From Candidatus Multivorans sp. (GTDB lineage: Bacteria; Acidobacteriota; Thermoanaerobaculia; Multivoradales; Multivoraceae): a stretch of DNA of 64,000 bases. Location of the stretch: NCBI GenBank assembly GCA_965224025.1, contig OZ245033.1, positions 2,784,001-2,848,000 on the forward strand, in the 5' to 3' direction. Below are positions 1 to 9,936 of this stretch, in pieces (the first letter of the stretch is position 1; each line of letters opens with the position of its first letter). The translations under genes and the position numbers were made by a program. The notes beneath the pieces were generated by a model. It saw only the letters and a list, made by a program, of their open reading frames with translations, did not search any database and was not told the DNA's origin.

Positions 1-68
1 CGGTGGTTGCGCGGTCTGGCGCTCGGTCATAGGGTAAACGATGAGCCCTGCGTACCGTGGAGATGGCG

Positions 69-254
69 ATGACCATGAACATCAAGAAAGAGGAGGCCTG
101 CCGTCTCGCAGGCGAGGAGCGCCGGCGTGACCTGGATGCCCGGGTCGACCAGTTGCTTGCCATCGGCCGGCGCTGTGCCGAGTCCCTACAGCCGGGACCT
201 TCGGCCGCCGAGCACGGCGACCTGCTCTACGATGACGAAGGCTTGCCGAGTTAA
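69..254 (+). pseudogene. Orphan Rv0623/VapB-like antitoxin, apparently internally shortened
   Basis: MTMNIKKEEACRLA N-terminus and HGDLLYDDEGLP C-terminus are typical of this family; the usual central ribbon-helix-helix segment seems absent and no PIN toxin follows. Confidence 0.65.
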
Positions 255-536
255 CGTTTGTCACCGCGGAGCACCTCGAAAACGAGGTCTGGACCTGCGC
301 GGGCAGGAACTCGCGCGACTGTAGGTGCGGCGTGACCCGGAACGGCTGCGAAACGAGGTCGCGGCTGCGCTCTTGATCGGGGAGCAAACTCAGGCTCCGC
401 AGGCCGTGGCGGAGTAGAGCGTGTCAGCCGAGTTGGCCGGCCTCGGACGCCGACGCTCCATGGTCGGTGCGGGGCCCAGCGGCGCGTTAGGGTTGCGTCA
501 GAGCCGGAGTGTGCAACGCGTGGAGGTCGGCGACGG

Positions 537-2102
537 ATGGAGATTCCGAAGAACGAGCTGGAGCGGGTGCGGGCGCGGTACAAGACGAGGGGCGACCACC
601 CCGGTCATGCAAGCGAATGGGTGGCGACGATGGACAGGGATAGGTCTCGCCAGATCGGGGAGGCGGCTCGGCGCTTTGCTAACGGCGGCGGACTGAGGCA
701 GTTCGCCGAGAGCTACCGGCCGCTGCTGGGTGCCCCGCAATGGGACGGTCCCTTGGTTCGCCGACTCGCGGACGGATTGGAGGGAGACGAAGAGGCGACG
801 GATGATCTGCGGCGCTTCGTCTGGCTGCCGGCCAGCGACGACGAAGCTGCCGCGCAGGTGGATGGCTTTGCCGGGTGGATTCTCGGCCGGCTTCCTAGCG
901 GCCCGGAGGATCCGGGGAGCTACCTTTGCCCGATGATCCTGAGCGTCTGCTGGCACGGGCAGGACGCCGGCCGCTGGCAGTTGTATACGTCGAGTTGGCT
1001 GTCCAGCCTCCGGTCCGAGGCTTCCGGTGTTTGCCGGCGTTACCGCAGAGGGGCAGGAGCATCACCTGGCGAGCGCTACGTCGAGTTCAGTCGGGCGATC
1101 GGGGAGTTGAGTAAGGCGCTCGACGTCGACTCGTGGGAATTGACGTTGAAGATGATCGGGCGGTGGAAGGCAGGTCGAGCAGACGCGTCCGCGGAAGACG
1201 CTACCGAGAAGCCCATCGGCAACTACACCATTGCCGCCGCCGCCGCCGACATCTTCCTCGACCGCGCCGACATCGAGCGCCTGCTCTCCCAGCTCAAGCG
1301 CAAGAAGAACCTCGTCCTTCAGGGTCCGCCCGGCACCGGAAAGACGTTCATCGCGCAGCGGCTGGCATGGGTCCTGGCGGCAGAGCGGTCGATGGAGCGC
1401 ATCGAGGCTGTGCAGTTCCACCAGTCCTACGGCTACGAGGACTTCGTCCGCGGCTACCGGCCCACGGAAGAGGGCGGCTTCGTGCTCCGCGACGGGCCGT
1501 TTCTCGACTTCTGCGAGCGGGCGCGCGAGGACGGCGAGCGGCCCTATGTGCTGTTGATCGACGAGATCAACCGAGGCAATCTGAGCCGCATCTTCGGAGA
1601 GTTGCTGATGCTGATCGAGGCGGACAAGCGGTCGGAGGAGTGGGCCGTACGGCTCGCCTACCCGCGAGCCGGCGACGAACGGTTCCATGTGCCGGAGAAC
1701 CTCCACCTGATCGGCACGATGAACACGGCGGACCGTTCTCTGGCGCTGGTCGACTACGCGCTGCGCCGGCGTTTCGCTTTTTTCACGGTCGAGCCGGCGT
1801 TCGGGCAACCTCGGTTCCTGCGTCACTTGGAGGATCGAGGCGTCCCGGCGTCAGTCCGCAAGCGCATTGGCGAGCGGCTCGGTGCTCTGAACGAGACGAT
1901 CGCCGAGGACTCGGACTTGGGATCCGGTTTCCGCATTGGCCACAGCTACTTCTGCGACCCGCCCTTGGGAGAGTCGCCCGACCACGACCGTTGGTTCGAG
2001 GAGATCGTCGGCTTCGACATCGCGCCGCTGCTCGATGAGTACTGGTTCGACACGCCAGAGAAAGCTCCGGGAGCCGTAGCGAACCTGCTTGCCGGCGACT
2101 GA
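537..2102 (+). CDS. mcrB: McrB-like AAA+ GTPase of a modification-dependent restriction system
   Basis: Walker A GPPGTGKT, QFHQSYGYEDF, Walker B IDEINRGN, McrB signature MNTADRS, ALRRRF; about 220-aa unrecognised N-terminal domain. Confidence 0.9.
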   Translation: MEIPKNELERVRARYKTRGDHPGHASEWVATMDRDRSRQIGEAARRFANGGGLRQFAESYRPLLGAPQWDGPLVRRLADGLEGDEEATDDLRRFVWLPASDDEAAAQVDGFAGWILGRLPSGPEDPGSYLCPMILSVCWHGQDAGRWQLYTSSWLSSLRSEASGVCRRYRRGAGASPGERYVEFSRAIGELSKALDVDSWELTLKMIGRWKAGRADASAEDATEKPIGNYTIAAAAADIFLDRADIERLLSQLKRKKNLVLQGPPGTGKTFIAQRLAWVLAAERSMERIEAVQFHQSYGYEDFVRGYRPTEEGGFVLRDGPFLDFCERAREDGERPYVLLIDEINRGNLSRIFGELLMLIEADKRSEEWAVRLAYPRAGDERFHVPENLHLIGTMNTADRSLALVDYALRRRFAFFTVEPAFGQPRFLRHLEDRGVPASVRKRIGERLGALNETIAEDSDLGSGFRIGHSYFCDPPLGESPDHDRWFEEIVGFDIAPLLDEYWFDTPEKAPGAVANLLAGD

Positions 2103-2114
2103 CCCGCATCCGCG

Positions 2115-3206
2115 ATGAAGATTCCGGCCCACACTCTCTACGTCGTGCTCTGCTACGCGTGGAAGCGGTACGAGCGTCTGGACTCGGCGGCGGCAAGAGA
2201 ACACGCTTCGGCCCCGGACGATCTGCCGCAGAACCTCCTGGCCCGGCTGCTCCGCGACAGCTTCCGGCGGCTGTGGCGGCGGGGCCTCGATCGCGGCTAC
2301 CTGGAGCGTGCCGAGGACGTACGGCGGCCGAAGGGGAAGATCGACATGGCGCGAACCGTGGCCCGGGCGCTTCGTTCCCGCGCTCGCGTGGCGGTGCGCT
2401 ACGAGGAGTTGACCCGGAATGTGCTGCCCAACCGCCTCGTCAAGTCGACGATGCTGCGGCTGGCGTCGCTGCCCGCGCACGATTTCGACCCCGAGCTGCG
2501 TCGCGACCTGCTGCGCCTGGCACGCCTGCTTCCCGAAGTCGATGAGGTCGAGTTGCGGGGCGAGTTCTTCCACGGCGTGCAGCTCCACCGCAACAACTCG
2601 GACTACGGCTTCCTCCTCAGCGTCTGCCGACTGGTTGCCGGCCGGCTGGTTCCCGAGGGCCGGTCCGGCCGCTACTGGTTCCGGGCATTCTCGGCCAGCG
2701 ACACAGAGATGGGGAACCTGTTCGAGGCCTTCGTACGCGGCTTCCTGAGGCGTGAGCGGCGGGCGCTCAGGGTTCGACCGGGCAACACGCGGATCTCCTT
2801 TGGCGCTCTCGCACCGGTTGGAGCACCGAGTGTGCCCGCCATGCTCGCCGACATTTTCGTCCCCGCGCGCGGCGCCTCGGAGGGTCGACGGAGCGTCATC
2901 GTGGAGACGAAGTGCGTGAACGATCCGTTCGCCCGCGACGAGAAGCTCCGCTCGGACCACCTCTACCAGCTTTGGGCCTACCTCACGAACTACTCCCGCG
3001 CCAACCCCGCGGATCGTTCGCCCGCCGGCCTGCTGCTCTACGCCACGGACGGCCGCTCGTTCCGCCACGCGTACGACTTTCCCGGCCACCCGATCGAGGT
3101 CCGCTCGCTTGACCTGGGCCAGGGCTGGTCGGACCTTCGCCGCGACCTTCACGACCTCGCCAATGATTTGGCCGGAGTTGCCGGCGCAAGCGCGTCAGCC
3201 GCTTGA
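2115..3206 (+). CDS. mcrC: McrC-like PD-(D/E)xK nuclease subunit
   Basis: 12 bp downstream of mcrB; GLDRGY, KGKID, LFEAFV, ADI..VETK, LYQLWAYL and GLLLYA motifs. Confidence 0.88.
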   Translation: MKIPAHTLYVVLCYAWKRYERLDSAAAREHASAPDDLPQNLLARLLRDSFRRLWRRGLDRGYLERAEDVRRPKGKIDMARTVARALRSRARVAVRYEELTRNVLPNRLVKSTMLRLASLPAHDFDPELRRDLLRLARLLPEVDEVELRGEFFHGVQLHRNNSDYGFLLSVCRLVAGRLVPEGRSGRYWFRAFSASDTEMGNLFEAFVRGFLRRERRALRVRPGNTRISFGALAPVGAPSVPAMLADIFVPARGASEGRRSVIVETKCVNDPFARDEKLRSDHLYQLWAYLTNYSRANPADRSPAGLLLYATDGRSFRHAYDFPGHPIEVRSLDLGQGWSDLRRDLHDLANDLAGVAGASASAA

Positions 3207-3276
3207 GGCCGGAGTGCGGTCGCGGAACCCCGCGCAGCTCTTGGCCCTTGGCGGCCGGCCTGAGAATCACCGCTTC

Positions 3277-3711
3277 TCAGGGCGCCGCGACGTGGGGGAG
3301 CCGCTGCATGGCCGCGTCGAAGGTGTAGACGCCGTCCAGCAGTTCGCCGTCGGTCGCCGCGGTCCGGAGCGCCTTGAACACGATCAGCGCGTCGGCGAAT
3401 CCGACGCGTCTGGCCGACCCTGTTTCGCCGGCCGCCCCGTCGCTGCGGTAGGCGTGGAGAGCTCGCCACACGACCTGGTCGTCCTCGAAACGGATGCCCG
3501 GCTCGCTGAACAGCCGTTCGAGGACGGCCACCAGTTGAGCCTTCGGCAGTCCGTACTTCCTGCCGGAGAGCGTCCAGATCGTCTCCACCAGGACGACGTC
3601 TGTGACCAGGATCGTCTCGCCGGCAGCGAAGACGGCGGCTGCACGAGCCGCCTGCGCCTCGTCGTCCTGGAGCACGTAGCGGAGCAGCACGCTCGTGTCG
3701 ACTGCGATCAA
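3277..3711 (-). CDS. vapC: VapC/PIN-domain toxin
   Basis: IAVDTSVLLRY, VLVETIW, GFADALI, YTFD; TTG start overlaps the antitoxin stop (TTGA). Confidence 0.88.
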   Translation of the reverse strand: MIAVDTSVLLRYVLQDDEAQAARAAAVFAAGETILVTDVVLVETIWTLSGRKYGLPKAQLVAVLERLFSEPGIRFEDDQVVWRALHAYRSDGAAGETGSARRVGFADALIVFKALRTAATDGELLDGVYTFDAAMQRLPHVAAP

Positions 3712-3935
3712 GGCCTCGACACGTCGAGTGCGCTCCGCAGCGACTCGTCGTCGCTCATCACCGGGTCGCCGGTGACGTGCCGCAGAAAGCCCCTGGCCGC
3801 GCCGGCCTCCTTCCGCACGATGGTGATGCGGCCCTCGGCAACGAAGCAGCGGTACTCGTCGCCGGGTTCGATACCGGCCTCCCTGCATTGAGCGATGGGG
3901 AGCGTGATCTGGCGTTTGGCGCTCACTCGCGGCAT
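3708..3935 (-). CDS. AbrB/MazE-family antitoxin
   Basis: MPRVSAKRQITLP..GIEPGD swapped-hairpin pattern; directly upstream of the PIN toxin. Confidence 0.85.
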   Translation of the reverse strand: MPRVSAKRQITLPIAQCREAGIEPGDEYRCFVAEGRITIVRKEAGAARGFLRHVTGDPVMSDDESLRSALDVSRP

Positions 3936-4051
3936 GATGTCGTCTCTTCCCGGATGGCCGATGCGAGTGAAGGCTAGCCGCGTTCTTTACTGTGAGTCAA
4001 GAGGTAAAGAACGCTGCCGCGGGGGCAAGTCGCCTCGTTACACTGCGGCCG

Positions 4052-5371
4052 GTGAAGGCTTCGATTCTCGCGGTGGGCGCCGAGTTGCTCGGTACGGACC
4101 GGCTCGATACGAACTCGCTGGTGCTGACGGAGGTGCTGAGGCGGCGGGGAGTGGAGCTGGTCTCGAAGGCGGTCGTCGGCGACGACGTGGTCGAGATCGC
4201 GGAGACGTTGGATGGACTCCGGGAGCGGGCGGACCTGCTGCTCGTGACCGGCGGGCTGGGCCCGACCCGGGACGATCTGACGCGGGAGGGTCTGGCTCGG
4301 CTGCTGGGGCGGTCCGTCGCGGTGGACGAGGCGTTGTGGGACCAGATCGAGCGTGGGTTTCGCAAGCTCGGGCGGCGCATCCCGCGGGTCAACCGCAAGC
4401 AGGCGGAGCGGGTCGATGGCGCCGAGATGCTGCCGAACCGCGCCGGCGTGGCGCCCGGGCAGCGGATCGAGGATCCGGCGCCGGCGCATCGGGGCACGAC
4501 GTACTTCCTGTTCCCCGGCGTGCCGCGGGAACTGAAGGCTCTGGTGGCCGATGCGCTGGATCCGTGGCTGGCGGCACGGGCCGAGGACGGCTCGGGGTTC
4601 GATCAGGTCGAGGTTCGGGTCGCCTGCCTGCCGGAGTCGGTGGTCGAGGAGCGGATCGCGCCGGTCTATGAGCGATTCGGCGACGAGGACGTGTCCGTGC
4701 TGGCGAGGCCGGGCGAGATCCGGCTGCGGCTGCGAGCCGGCGGGCCGGTCGCGGGCAGGGCGCCGCGTCTCGCGGAGATGGAATCGGCGGTCCGGCAGGC
4801 GTTGGGCGAGGCGGTCTTCTACGTCGGCCAGGTAGAGGACGGCATCGAGTTCGAGGCCGCGGTCGGCGACTTGCTGACGGCACGAGGAGAGACGGTGTCG
4901 GTCGCCGAGTCCTGTACGGGCGGCCTGCTCGGCCAGCGTTTCACGGCCACCCCGGGCAGCAGCGCGTACTTCGTAGGCGGCTTTCTGACCTACTCGAACG
5001 AACTGAAGATGCGCCTGCTCGGCGTTGCGCGGGAAACCCTGGTGGAACACGGCGCCGTGTCGAAGCCGACGGCGCTTGCGATGGCTGCGGGAGCCCGGGA
5101 ACGTTGCGGCAGCGACTACGGCATCGGGATCACGGGTGTCGCGGGTCCCGGCGGCGGCACCCAGGAGCGGCCGGTGGGGACCGTCCACATCGCGGTCGCC
5201 GGACCGGCAGCCGCTCGTTCGCACTTCGAGGCGCGCTTTCCCGGTGACCGGGCCCGGGTGCGGCAACTCTCGACCCAGTTCGCGCTCGAGCTGCTGCGGC
5301 AAATGCTGCTGCCGGGGGAGACCGAGCGAGACCTGCTGCCCTGGGCCGCGCCGCGTGGGGAGGCATCGTGA
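4052..5371 (+). CDS. cinA: CinA family protein (molybdopterin-binding-like domain + NMN deamidase PncC domain)
   Basis: AVGAELL, VGDD, TGGLGPTRDDLTR, PGVPRE, AESCTGG, GITGVAGPGGG; GTG start chosen at 4052. Confidence 0.93.
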   Translation: MKASILAVGAELLGTDRLDTNSLVLTEVLRRRGVELVSKAVVGDDVVEIAETLDGLRERADLLLVTGGLGPTRDDLTREGLARLLGRSVAVDEALWDQIERGFRKLGRRIPRVNRKQAERVDGAEMLPNRAGVAPGQRIEDPAPAHRGTTYFLFPGVPRELKALVADALDPWLAARAEDGSGFDQVEVRVACLPESVVEERIAPVYERFGDEDVSVLARPGEIRLRLRAGGPVAGRAPRLAEMESAVRQALGEAVFYVGQVEDGIEFEAAVGDLLTARGETVSVAESCTGGLLGQRFTATPGSSAYFVGGFLTYSNELKMRLLGVARETLVEHGAVSKPTALAMAAGARERCGSDYGIGITGVAGPGGGTQERPVGTVHIAVAGPAAARSHFEARFPGDRARVRQLSTQFALELLRQMLLPGETERDLLPWAAPRGEAS

Positions 5372-6126
5372 CCGCGACCGGTCCTGTCGCCGTCCTGGCG
5401 GCGTACCTCCTGGGGTCCGTGCCGTTCAGCTATCTGATCGTGCGGATTCACCGGGGTATCGACGTGCGCGCGATCGGCAGCCGGAGCGCGGGCGCGACGA
5501 ACGTGCTGCGCGCGTCGGGCAAGTGGGCGGCCCTGCTCGCTCTGCTGCTCGACGTGGCCAAGGGCACGGCGGCGGTGGTTGTAGCGCGTACGCTCGAGGT
5601 CGGGAGCTGGTGGCTCGCGGCTGCCGCGGCGGCGGCGGTCGTGGGGCATGTGTTTCCCCTGTTTCTCGTCTTTCGCGGCGGCAAGGGCGTGGCCACGGCA
5701 GCCGGCGTGCTGGCAGTGCTCGTGCCCTGGGCCGGGCTGGGCGCCCTGGCCGTCTTCATCCTGCTGGTGGCCTGGAAGCGCTACGTTTCCCTGGGGTCGA
5801 TCTCGGCGGCGGCTTCCCTGCCGGTGCTCGTCTCTGCCCGCTGGTGGGGCGGCGCGTTCAGGAGTGCGGACGGCCTGGACCACGGCCCGGCGCTGCTGGC
5901 CGGTGTTTCCGCCATCGCCGTCCTGGTGATCGTCAAGCATCGGGCCAACCTGGCCCGGCTGCGCGCGGGAACGGAGTCCCGTCTAGGAGCGCGCGCCGCA
6001 GAACGCAGCGGAGCGAGTTCTGAGGCGCATTCTGCTGGTGAGGTGGGGGCTGGGGCCAAACATGGAGCCTGCGACAGGTTTGGCGGCGTGGGCCAGAAGC
6101 CGCCGGCGCCCGAGGCTGCCGAATGA
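5368..6126 (+). CDS. plsY: Glycerol-3-phosphate acyltransferase PlsY with a repeat-derived C-terminal extension
   Basis: AYLLGSVPF, GATNVLR, DVAKG, GHVFP..FRGGKGVAT, KHRANLARL. Confidence 0.93.
   Translation: MTATGPVAVLAAYLLGSVPFSYLIVRIHRGIDVRAIGSRSAGATNVLRASGKWAALLALLLDVAKGTAAVVVARTLEVGSWWLAAAAAAAVVGHVFPLFLVFRGGKGVATAAGVLAVLVPWAGLGALAVFILLVAWKRYVSLGSISAAASLPVLVSARWWGGAFRSADGLDHGPALLAGVSAIAVLVIVKHRANLARLRAGTESRLGARAAERSGASSEAHSAGEVGAGAKHGACDRFGGVGQKPPAPEAAE
5983..6084 (+). repeat. Two-hairpin dispersed element, copy 1 (inside the plsY 3' end)
   Basis: GGAGCGCGCGCCGCAGAAC-N12-GTTCTGAGGCGCA followed by AGGTGGGGGCTGGGGCCAAAC...GTTTGGC; matches copies at 17097-17214 (-) and 21531-21634 (+). Confidence 0.85.
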
Positions 6127-7184
6127 CGATCGCGGACAAAGGCGGTGGAGTGGCCGTCCTCGGCGCCGGCGCCTGGGGCACCGCGCTCGCGGTCCATGCC
6201 GCCCGGGCAAGTTCGCCGGTGATCCTCTGGGCCCGGTCTGCCGAGTTCGGCGCGGTACTGGCGGCGGAGCGGGTGAACGAGCGCTATCTGCCGGGTGTCG
6301 AGTTGCCGGCACAGGTTCGGGTGACCTGGGATCTGCGACAGGCCGCGGCCTGCGAGACCGTGCTGGTCGTCGTGCCGTCCCACGGCTTTCGGGCCGTCGT
6401 GCGCTCCTTTCTCGAAGCGCGGGCCGGTCTCGGCGGCGGTGCGCCGCTGCCGGAGCGGGTCACCTTCGTTTCGGGCGCCAAGGGCATCGAGTCGGACCAC
6501 CGCGGCGGTTTCCGGTGCATGAGCGACATCTGCCGGGAAGAGGCGGCGGCAGCCGGCACGGACGTCGACTTCGCCACCATCAGCGGGCCCTCGTTCGCGG
6601 CCGAACTCGCTGCCGAACTGCCGACCGCCTGCGTCGTCGCGGCGGAATCCGAGGCGGTGGCCGAGCGGCTGCAGACGCTCTTCTCGACCGGATCGCTGCG
6701 GCTCTACACCTCGACCGACGTGATCGGGGTCGAGATCGCCGCCGCGGCCAAGAACGTGATCGCGATCGCGGCCGGCGTTCTGGACGGTCTGCGCTACGGA
6801 TCGAACACGCGCGCGGCTCTGATCACCCGCGGCCTGCACGAAATGATGCGACTCGGTCTGGCGTGCGGCGGCCGGCCGGCGACCTTCGCCGGTCTCGGCG
6901 GTCTCGGCGATCTCGTGCTGACCTGTACCGGCGGCCTGTCGCGCAACCGGAACACCGGCATCGAGCTGGCCCGGGGCCGCACGCTCGAGGAGATCGAGGC
7001 GGACCGCGCGGGGGTCGCCGAAGGGGTGCGCAACTCGCTCGCCCTGCTCGAGTTGGCGACCGAGAAGAAGGTCGAGTTGCCGATCACCGAGCAGATGGTC
7101 GAGATCCTCTACCGGGGCAAGAAACCAGCCGCCGCGATCCGGGATCTGATGCAGCGAGAACCGAAGGTAGAGTCGGCGCTGTGA
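6123..7184 (+). CDS. gpsA: NAD(P)H-dependent glycerol-3-phosphate dehydrogenase
   Basis: GAGAWGTALA, KGIE, SGPSFA, KNVIAIAAG, GLGDLVLTC..SRNR. Confidence 0.95.
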   Translation: MTIADKGGGVAVLGAGAWGTALAVHAARASSPVILWARSAEFGAVLAAERVNERYLPGVELPAQVRVTWDLRQAAACETVLVVVPSHGFRAVVRSFLEARAGLGGGAPLPERVTFVSGAKGIESDHRGGFRCMSDICREEAAAAGTDVDFATISGPSFAAELAAELPTACVVAAESEAVAERLQTLFSTGSLRLYTSTDVIGVEIAAAAKNVIAIAAGVLDGLRYGSNTRAALITRGLHEMMRLGLACGGRPATFAGLGGLGDLVLTCTGGLSRNRNTGIELARGRTLEEIEADRAGVAEGVRNSLALLELATEKKVELPITEQMVEILYRGKKPAAAIRDLMQREPKVESAL

Positions 7185-8800
7185 TGGCTGAACCGGCGAG
7201 CGCACCGCCATCCCCGGTCCAGCCCTCCGTCGCCGGCGAGCACGAGACGGTCCTGGTACTCGACTTCGGAGGCCAGTACACGCAGTTGATCGCGCGCCGG
7301 ATCCGGGAGCTCCGGGTCTACTGCGAGATCCATCCCTTCGACCTGGCCGTCGAGCGCATCCGGGCTCGGCGGCCGGTCGGCATCGTGCTCTCAGGCGGGC
7401 CGGACAGCGTCTACGAGCGGAACGCGCCCCAGGCCGACCCGGAGGTTCTCCGGCTGGGCATCCCGGTGCTCGGAATCTGCTACGGGATGCAGTGGATGGC
7501 TCGCGTCCTCGGCGGCCGGGTCGCGGCATCGGGCCTGCGGGAGTACGGTCGCACCCAGATCACGGTCTTGGCCAGAAGCGGCGACTTGTTCTCGGGACTC
7601 GGACCGGAGCAGAACGTGTGGATGTCCCACGGCGACCGGGTCGAGGAACTGCCGCCGGGCTTTGAAGCGACCGCCTCGACATCCACCGTGCCGGTGGTGG
7701 CGGCCCAGGACCGCGGACGGGCCCTGTTCGGTATCCAGTTCCATCCCGAGGTCACCCACACCGACAGCGGCGCCAGGATGCTTCGCAACTTTCTCTACGA
7801 CGCCTGCGGCGCCGCGGGAGAGTGGCGCATGGCGTCGTACGCCGACGAGGCGACGGCCGCGATCGAGGCCCGGGTGGGACCCACGGACCGGGTTCTCTGT
7901 GCGCTCTCCGGTGGCGTCGACTCCGCGGTGGCGGCGAGCCTGGTCCAGCGCGCCGTGGGAGGGCGGCTGACCGCGGTGTTTGTGGACAACGGGCTGCTGC
8001 GCAAGAACGAACGCGGCGAGGTGGAGCGGTGCCTGCGCCGGGGGCTCGACCTGCGGCTGGTCGTGGTCGACGCCGCGCGCGACTTTCTGGGTGCGCTCGC
8101 CGGGGTCACCGATCCGGAAGAGAAGCGCCGGACGATCGGCCGCGTCTTCATCGAGGTGTTCCAGCGCGAGGCGGAGAAGCTGGAGCGGGAAGGCTGTGGC
8201 GCCGGCGCGATTCGCTTCCTGGTTCAGGGCACCCTCTATCCGGACGTGATCGAGTCGGTCTCGGCCTTCGGCCCGTCGGCGATGATCAAGAGCCACCACA
8301 ATGTCGGCGGCCTGCCGGAACGGCTGGGCTTCGAGTTGATCGAGCCGCTGCGCTTCCTGTTCAAGGACGAGGTGCGAAAGCTCGGCCGGGAACTCGGCCT
8401 CGGTTCGGAGTTCGTGGGCCGGCATCCCTTCCCCGGTCCGGGCCTCGGCGTCCGGATTCTCGGCGACGTCACCGCCGACCGGGTGGCGGTGCTGCAGGAG
8501 GCGGACGCGATCTTCATCGAGGAACTGCGCGCGGCGGGTTTCTACGACCGCGTGAGTCAGGCGCTGGCGGTTCTGCTGCCGGTCCACAGCGTGGGCGTGA
8601 TGGGGGACGGCCGCAGCTACGAGAACGTCGTCGCCCTGCGGGCGGTCGAGACCGAGGACTTCATGACCGCCGACTGGAGCCAGTTGCCGCACGAGTTCCT
8701 GGGCGGCGTGGCGGGCCGGATCGTGAACGAGGTGGCCGGAGTGAACCGCGTGGTCTACGATCTGACCAGCAAGCCGCCCGGCACGATCGAGTGGGAGTGA
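7184..8800 (+). CDS. guaA: GMP synthase (glutamine-hydrolysing)
   Basis: LDFGGQYTQLIARR, GICYGMQ, QFHPEV, SGGVDS, IKSHHNVGGLP, KPPGTIEWE. Confidence 0.97.
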   Translation: MAEPASAPPSPVQPSVAGEHETVLVLDFGGQYTQLIARRIRELRVYCEIHPFDLAVERIRARRPVGIVLSGGPDSVYERNAPQADPEVLRLGIPVLGICYGMQWMARVLGGRVAASGLREYGRTQITVLARSGDLFSGLGPEQNVWMSHGDRVEELPPGFEATASTSTVPVVAAQDRGRALFGIQFHPEVTHTDSGARMLRNFLYDACGAAGEWRMASYADEATAAIEARVGPTDRVLCALSGGVDSAVAASLVQRAVGGRLTAVFVDNGLLRKNERGEVERCLRRGLDLRLVVVDAARDFLGALAGVTDPEEKRRTIGRVFIEVFQREAEKLEREGCGAGAIRFLVQGTLYPDVIESVSAFGPSAMIKSHHNVGGLPERLGFELIEPLRFLFKDEVRKLGRELGLGSEFVGRHPFPGPGLGVRILGDVTADRVAVLQEADAIFIEELRAAGFYDRVSQALAVLLPVHSVGVMGDGRSYENVVALRAVETEDFMTADWSQLPHEFLGGVAGRIVNEVAGVNRVVYDLTSKPPGTIEWE

Positions 8801-8842
8801 CGGCGACCGGCGGCTGAGCGGCCGCCTGGAGCGGCGCCCAGG

Positions 8843-9883
8843 TCAACGGTTCGCGATCGGCGCGATCCGGTTCGGCTCCTTGCGCAGGATGGTGGCGAGC
8901 CGCGCCTCCAGGCGGTCCTGCTGGCGCGGCACGGCCTCGGCGCCGCCGCGGGCGACCGGCATCCAGCCGCCGGCGATCATGCCATGGCCGCCGCCGCGGC
9001 CTCGGCGGCCGACCAGCCGGCGCATGACGCGAGAGGCGTCCGCGCGGGTGTTCGTGGTGCGGATCGAACAGTAGACCCGGTCCTCGTAGAGGCCGCTGCA
9101 CAACGACCAGGTCCGGCCCTCCATGCGCAGCAGCAGATCGGCGATCTCGGGCACGATGTCGGGCTGGGCGACGGCGCCGAGCCGGCTCACGACCAGGGTG
9201 TCCACGCCGCGCAGGTTGGCCAGCGCCTCGCGCAGAGTCTCGAAGTAGTTGACCGGCAGCCGCGGGTTCTGAATCCGGCCCAGCAGGCGTGGCAGGGCGC
9301 GGGCGTTGAAGTGATCGTGGATCAGCCGGTCCGCCTCGTCCGCGCCGCGGGAGAAGTCGAGGGTCTCGCTGCGTATCGCGTAGACGATGGCGGTGGCTTC
9401 GCGGCGGGTGGCCGGAATCCCGGCGGCGAGCAGGTACTCGGCGAGGATCGTGGCGGAGGCCGCGTAGTCGTTTCGCAGGTCGTGGAAGGCCGACGCGGAA
9501 GTCCTTGGACGGCGCGGATGGTGGTCGATGACGACTTCGGGCGCCAGATCGTCCGGCAGGGGGCTGTTGCCGGTCGCCGGCTGGCAGTCGACGAGCGCGA
9601 CATACCGGTAGCTTCTGAGCTTCAGCCGCCGGGCCTGGCTGAGCTGCATTCCCAGGGAGCGGACCATCTCCTGGTTCTCGGCCCGACCGATGATGCCCCG
9701 GTAGGCGGCGGTGGCGCGGCGCTGGAAGGCGGAGCGGAGGACTTTCGCCAGGATGGTCGCCGCGGTCAGGGCGTCCGGGTCCGGGTTGTCATGGGTGAGG
9801 ATGAGCCAGCGTCCCCGCGGATCCGTGCTGCCTATGTGGCTGCGGAACGCGGCGAAGCGGCTTCGGGCCTGCTTGCTCAGCAT
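8843..9883 (-). CDS. DHH/DHHA1 phosphoesterase (NrnA-like)
   Basis: THDNPDPDAL, VDC, IDHH, GGGH..AGG; start 9883 or 9892. Confidence 0.88.
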   Translation of the reverse strand: MLSKQARSRFAAFRSHIGSTDPRGRWLILTHDNPDPDALTAATILAKVLRSAFQRRATAAYRGIIGRAENQEMVRSLGMQLSQARRLKLRSYRYVALVDCQPATGNSPLPDDLAPEVVIDHHPRRPRTSASAFHDLRNDYAASATILAEYLLAAGIPATRREATAIVYAIRSETLDFSRGADEADRLIHDHFNARALPRLLGRIQNPRLPVNYFETLREALANLRGVDTLVVSRLGAVAQPDIVPEIADLLLRMEGRTWSLCSGLYEDRVYCSIRTTNTRADASRVMRRLVGRRGRGGGHGMIAGGWMPVARGGAEAVPRQQDRLEARLATILRKEPNRIAPIANR

Positions 9884-9936
9884 CCCGTTCATGCTAGCTG
9901 CGCCTCTCCGGCGGCGGCGGCGTAGGATGCCCACCC

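Noticed and set aside
255-536. Possible attC site or ncRNA upstream of mcrB (GCGGCGCGTTAGGG, hairpin ACCTCG-AAAA-CGAGGT, GAAACGAGGTC-like repeat)
   Set aside because: No matching RYYYAAC inverse core at a proper distance, no second cassette or integrase; the DNA also reads like a decayed coding fragment
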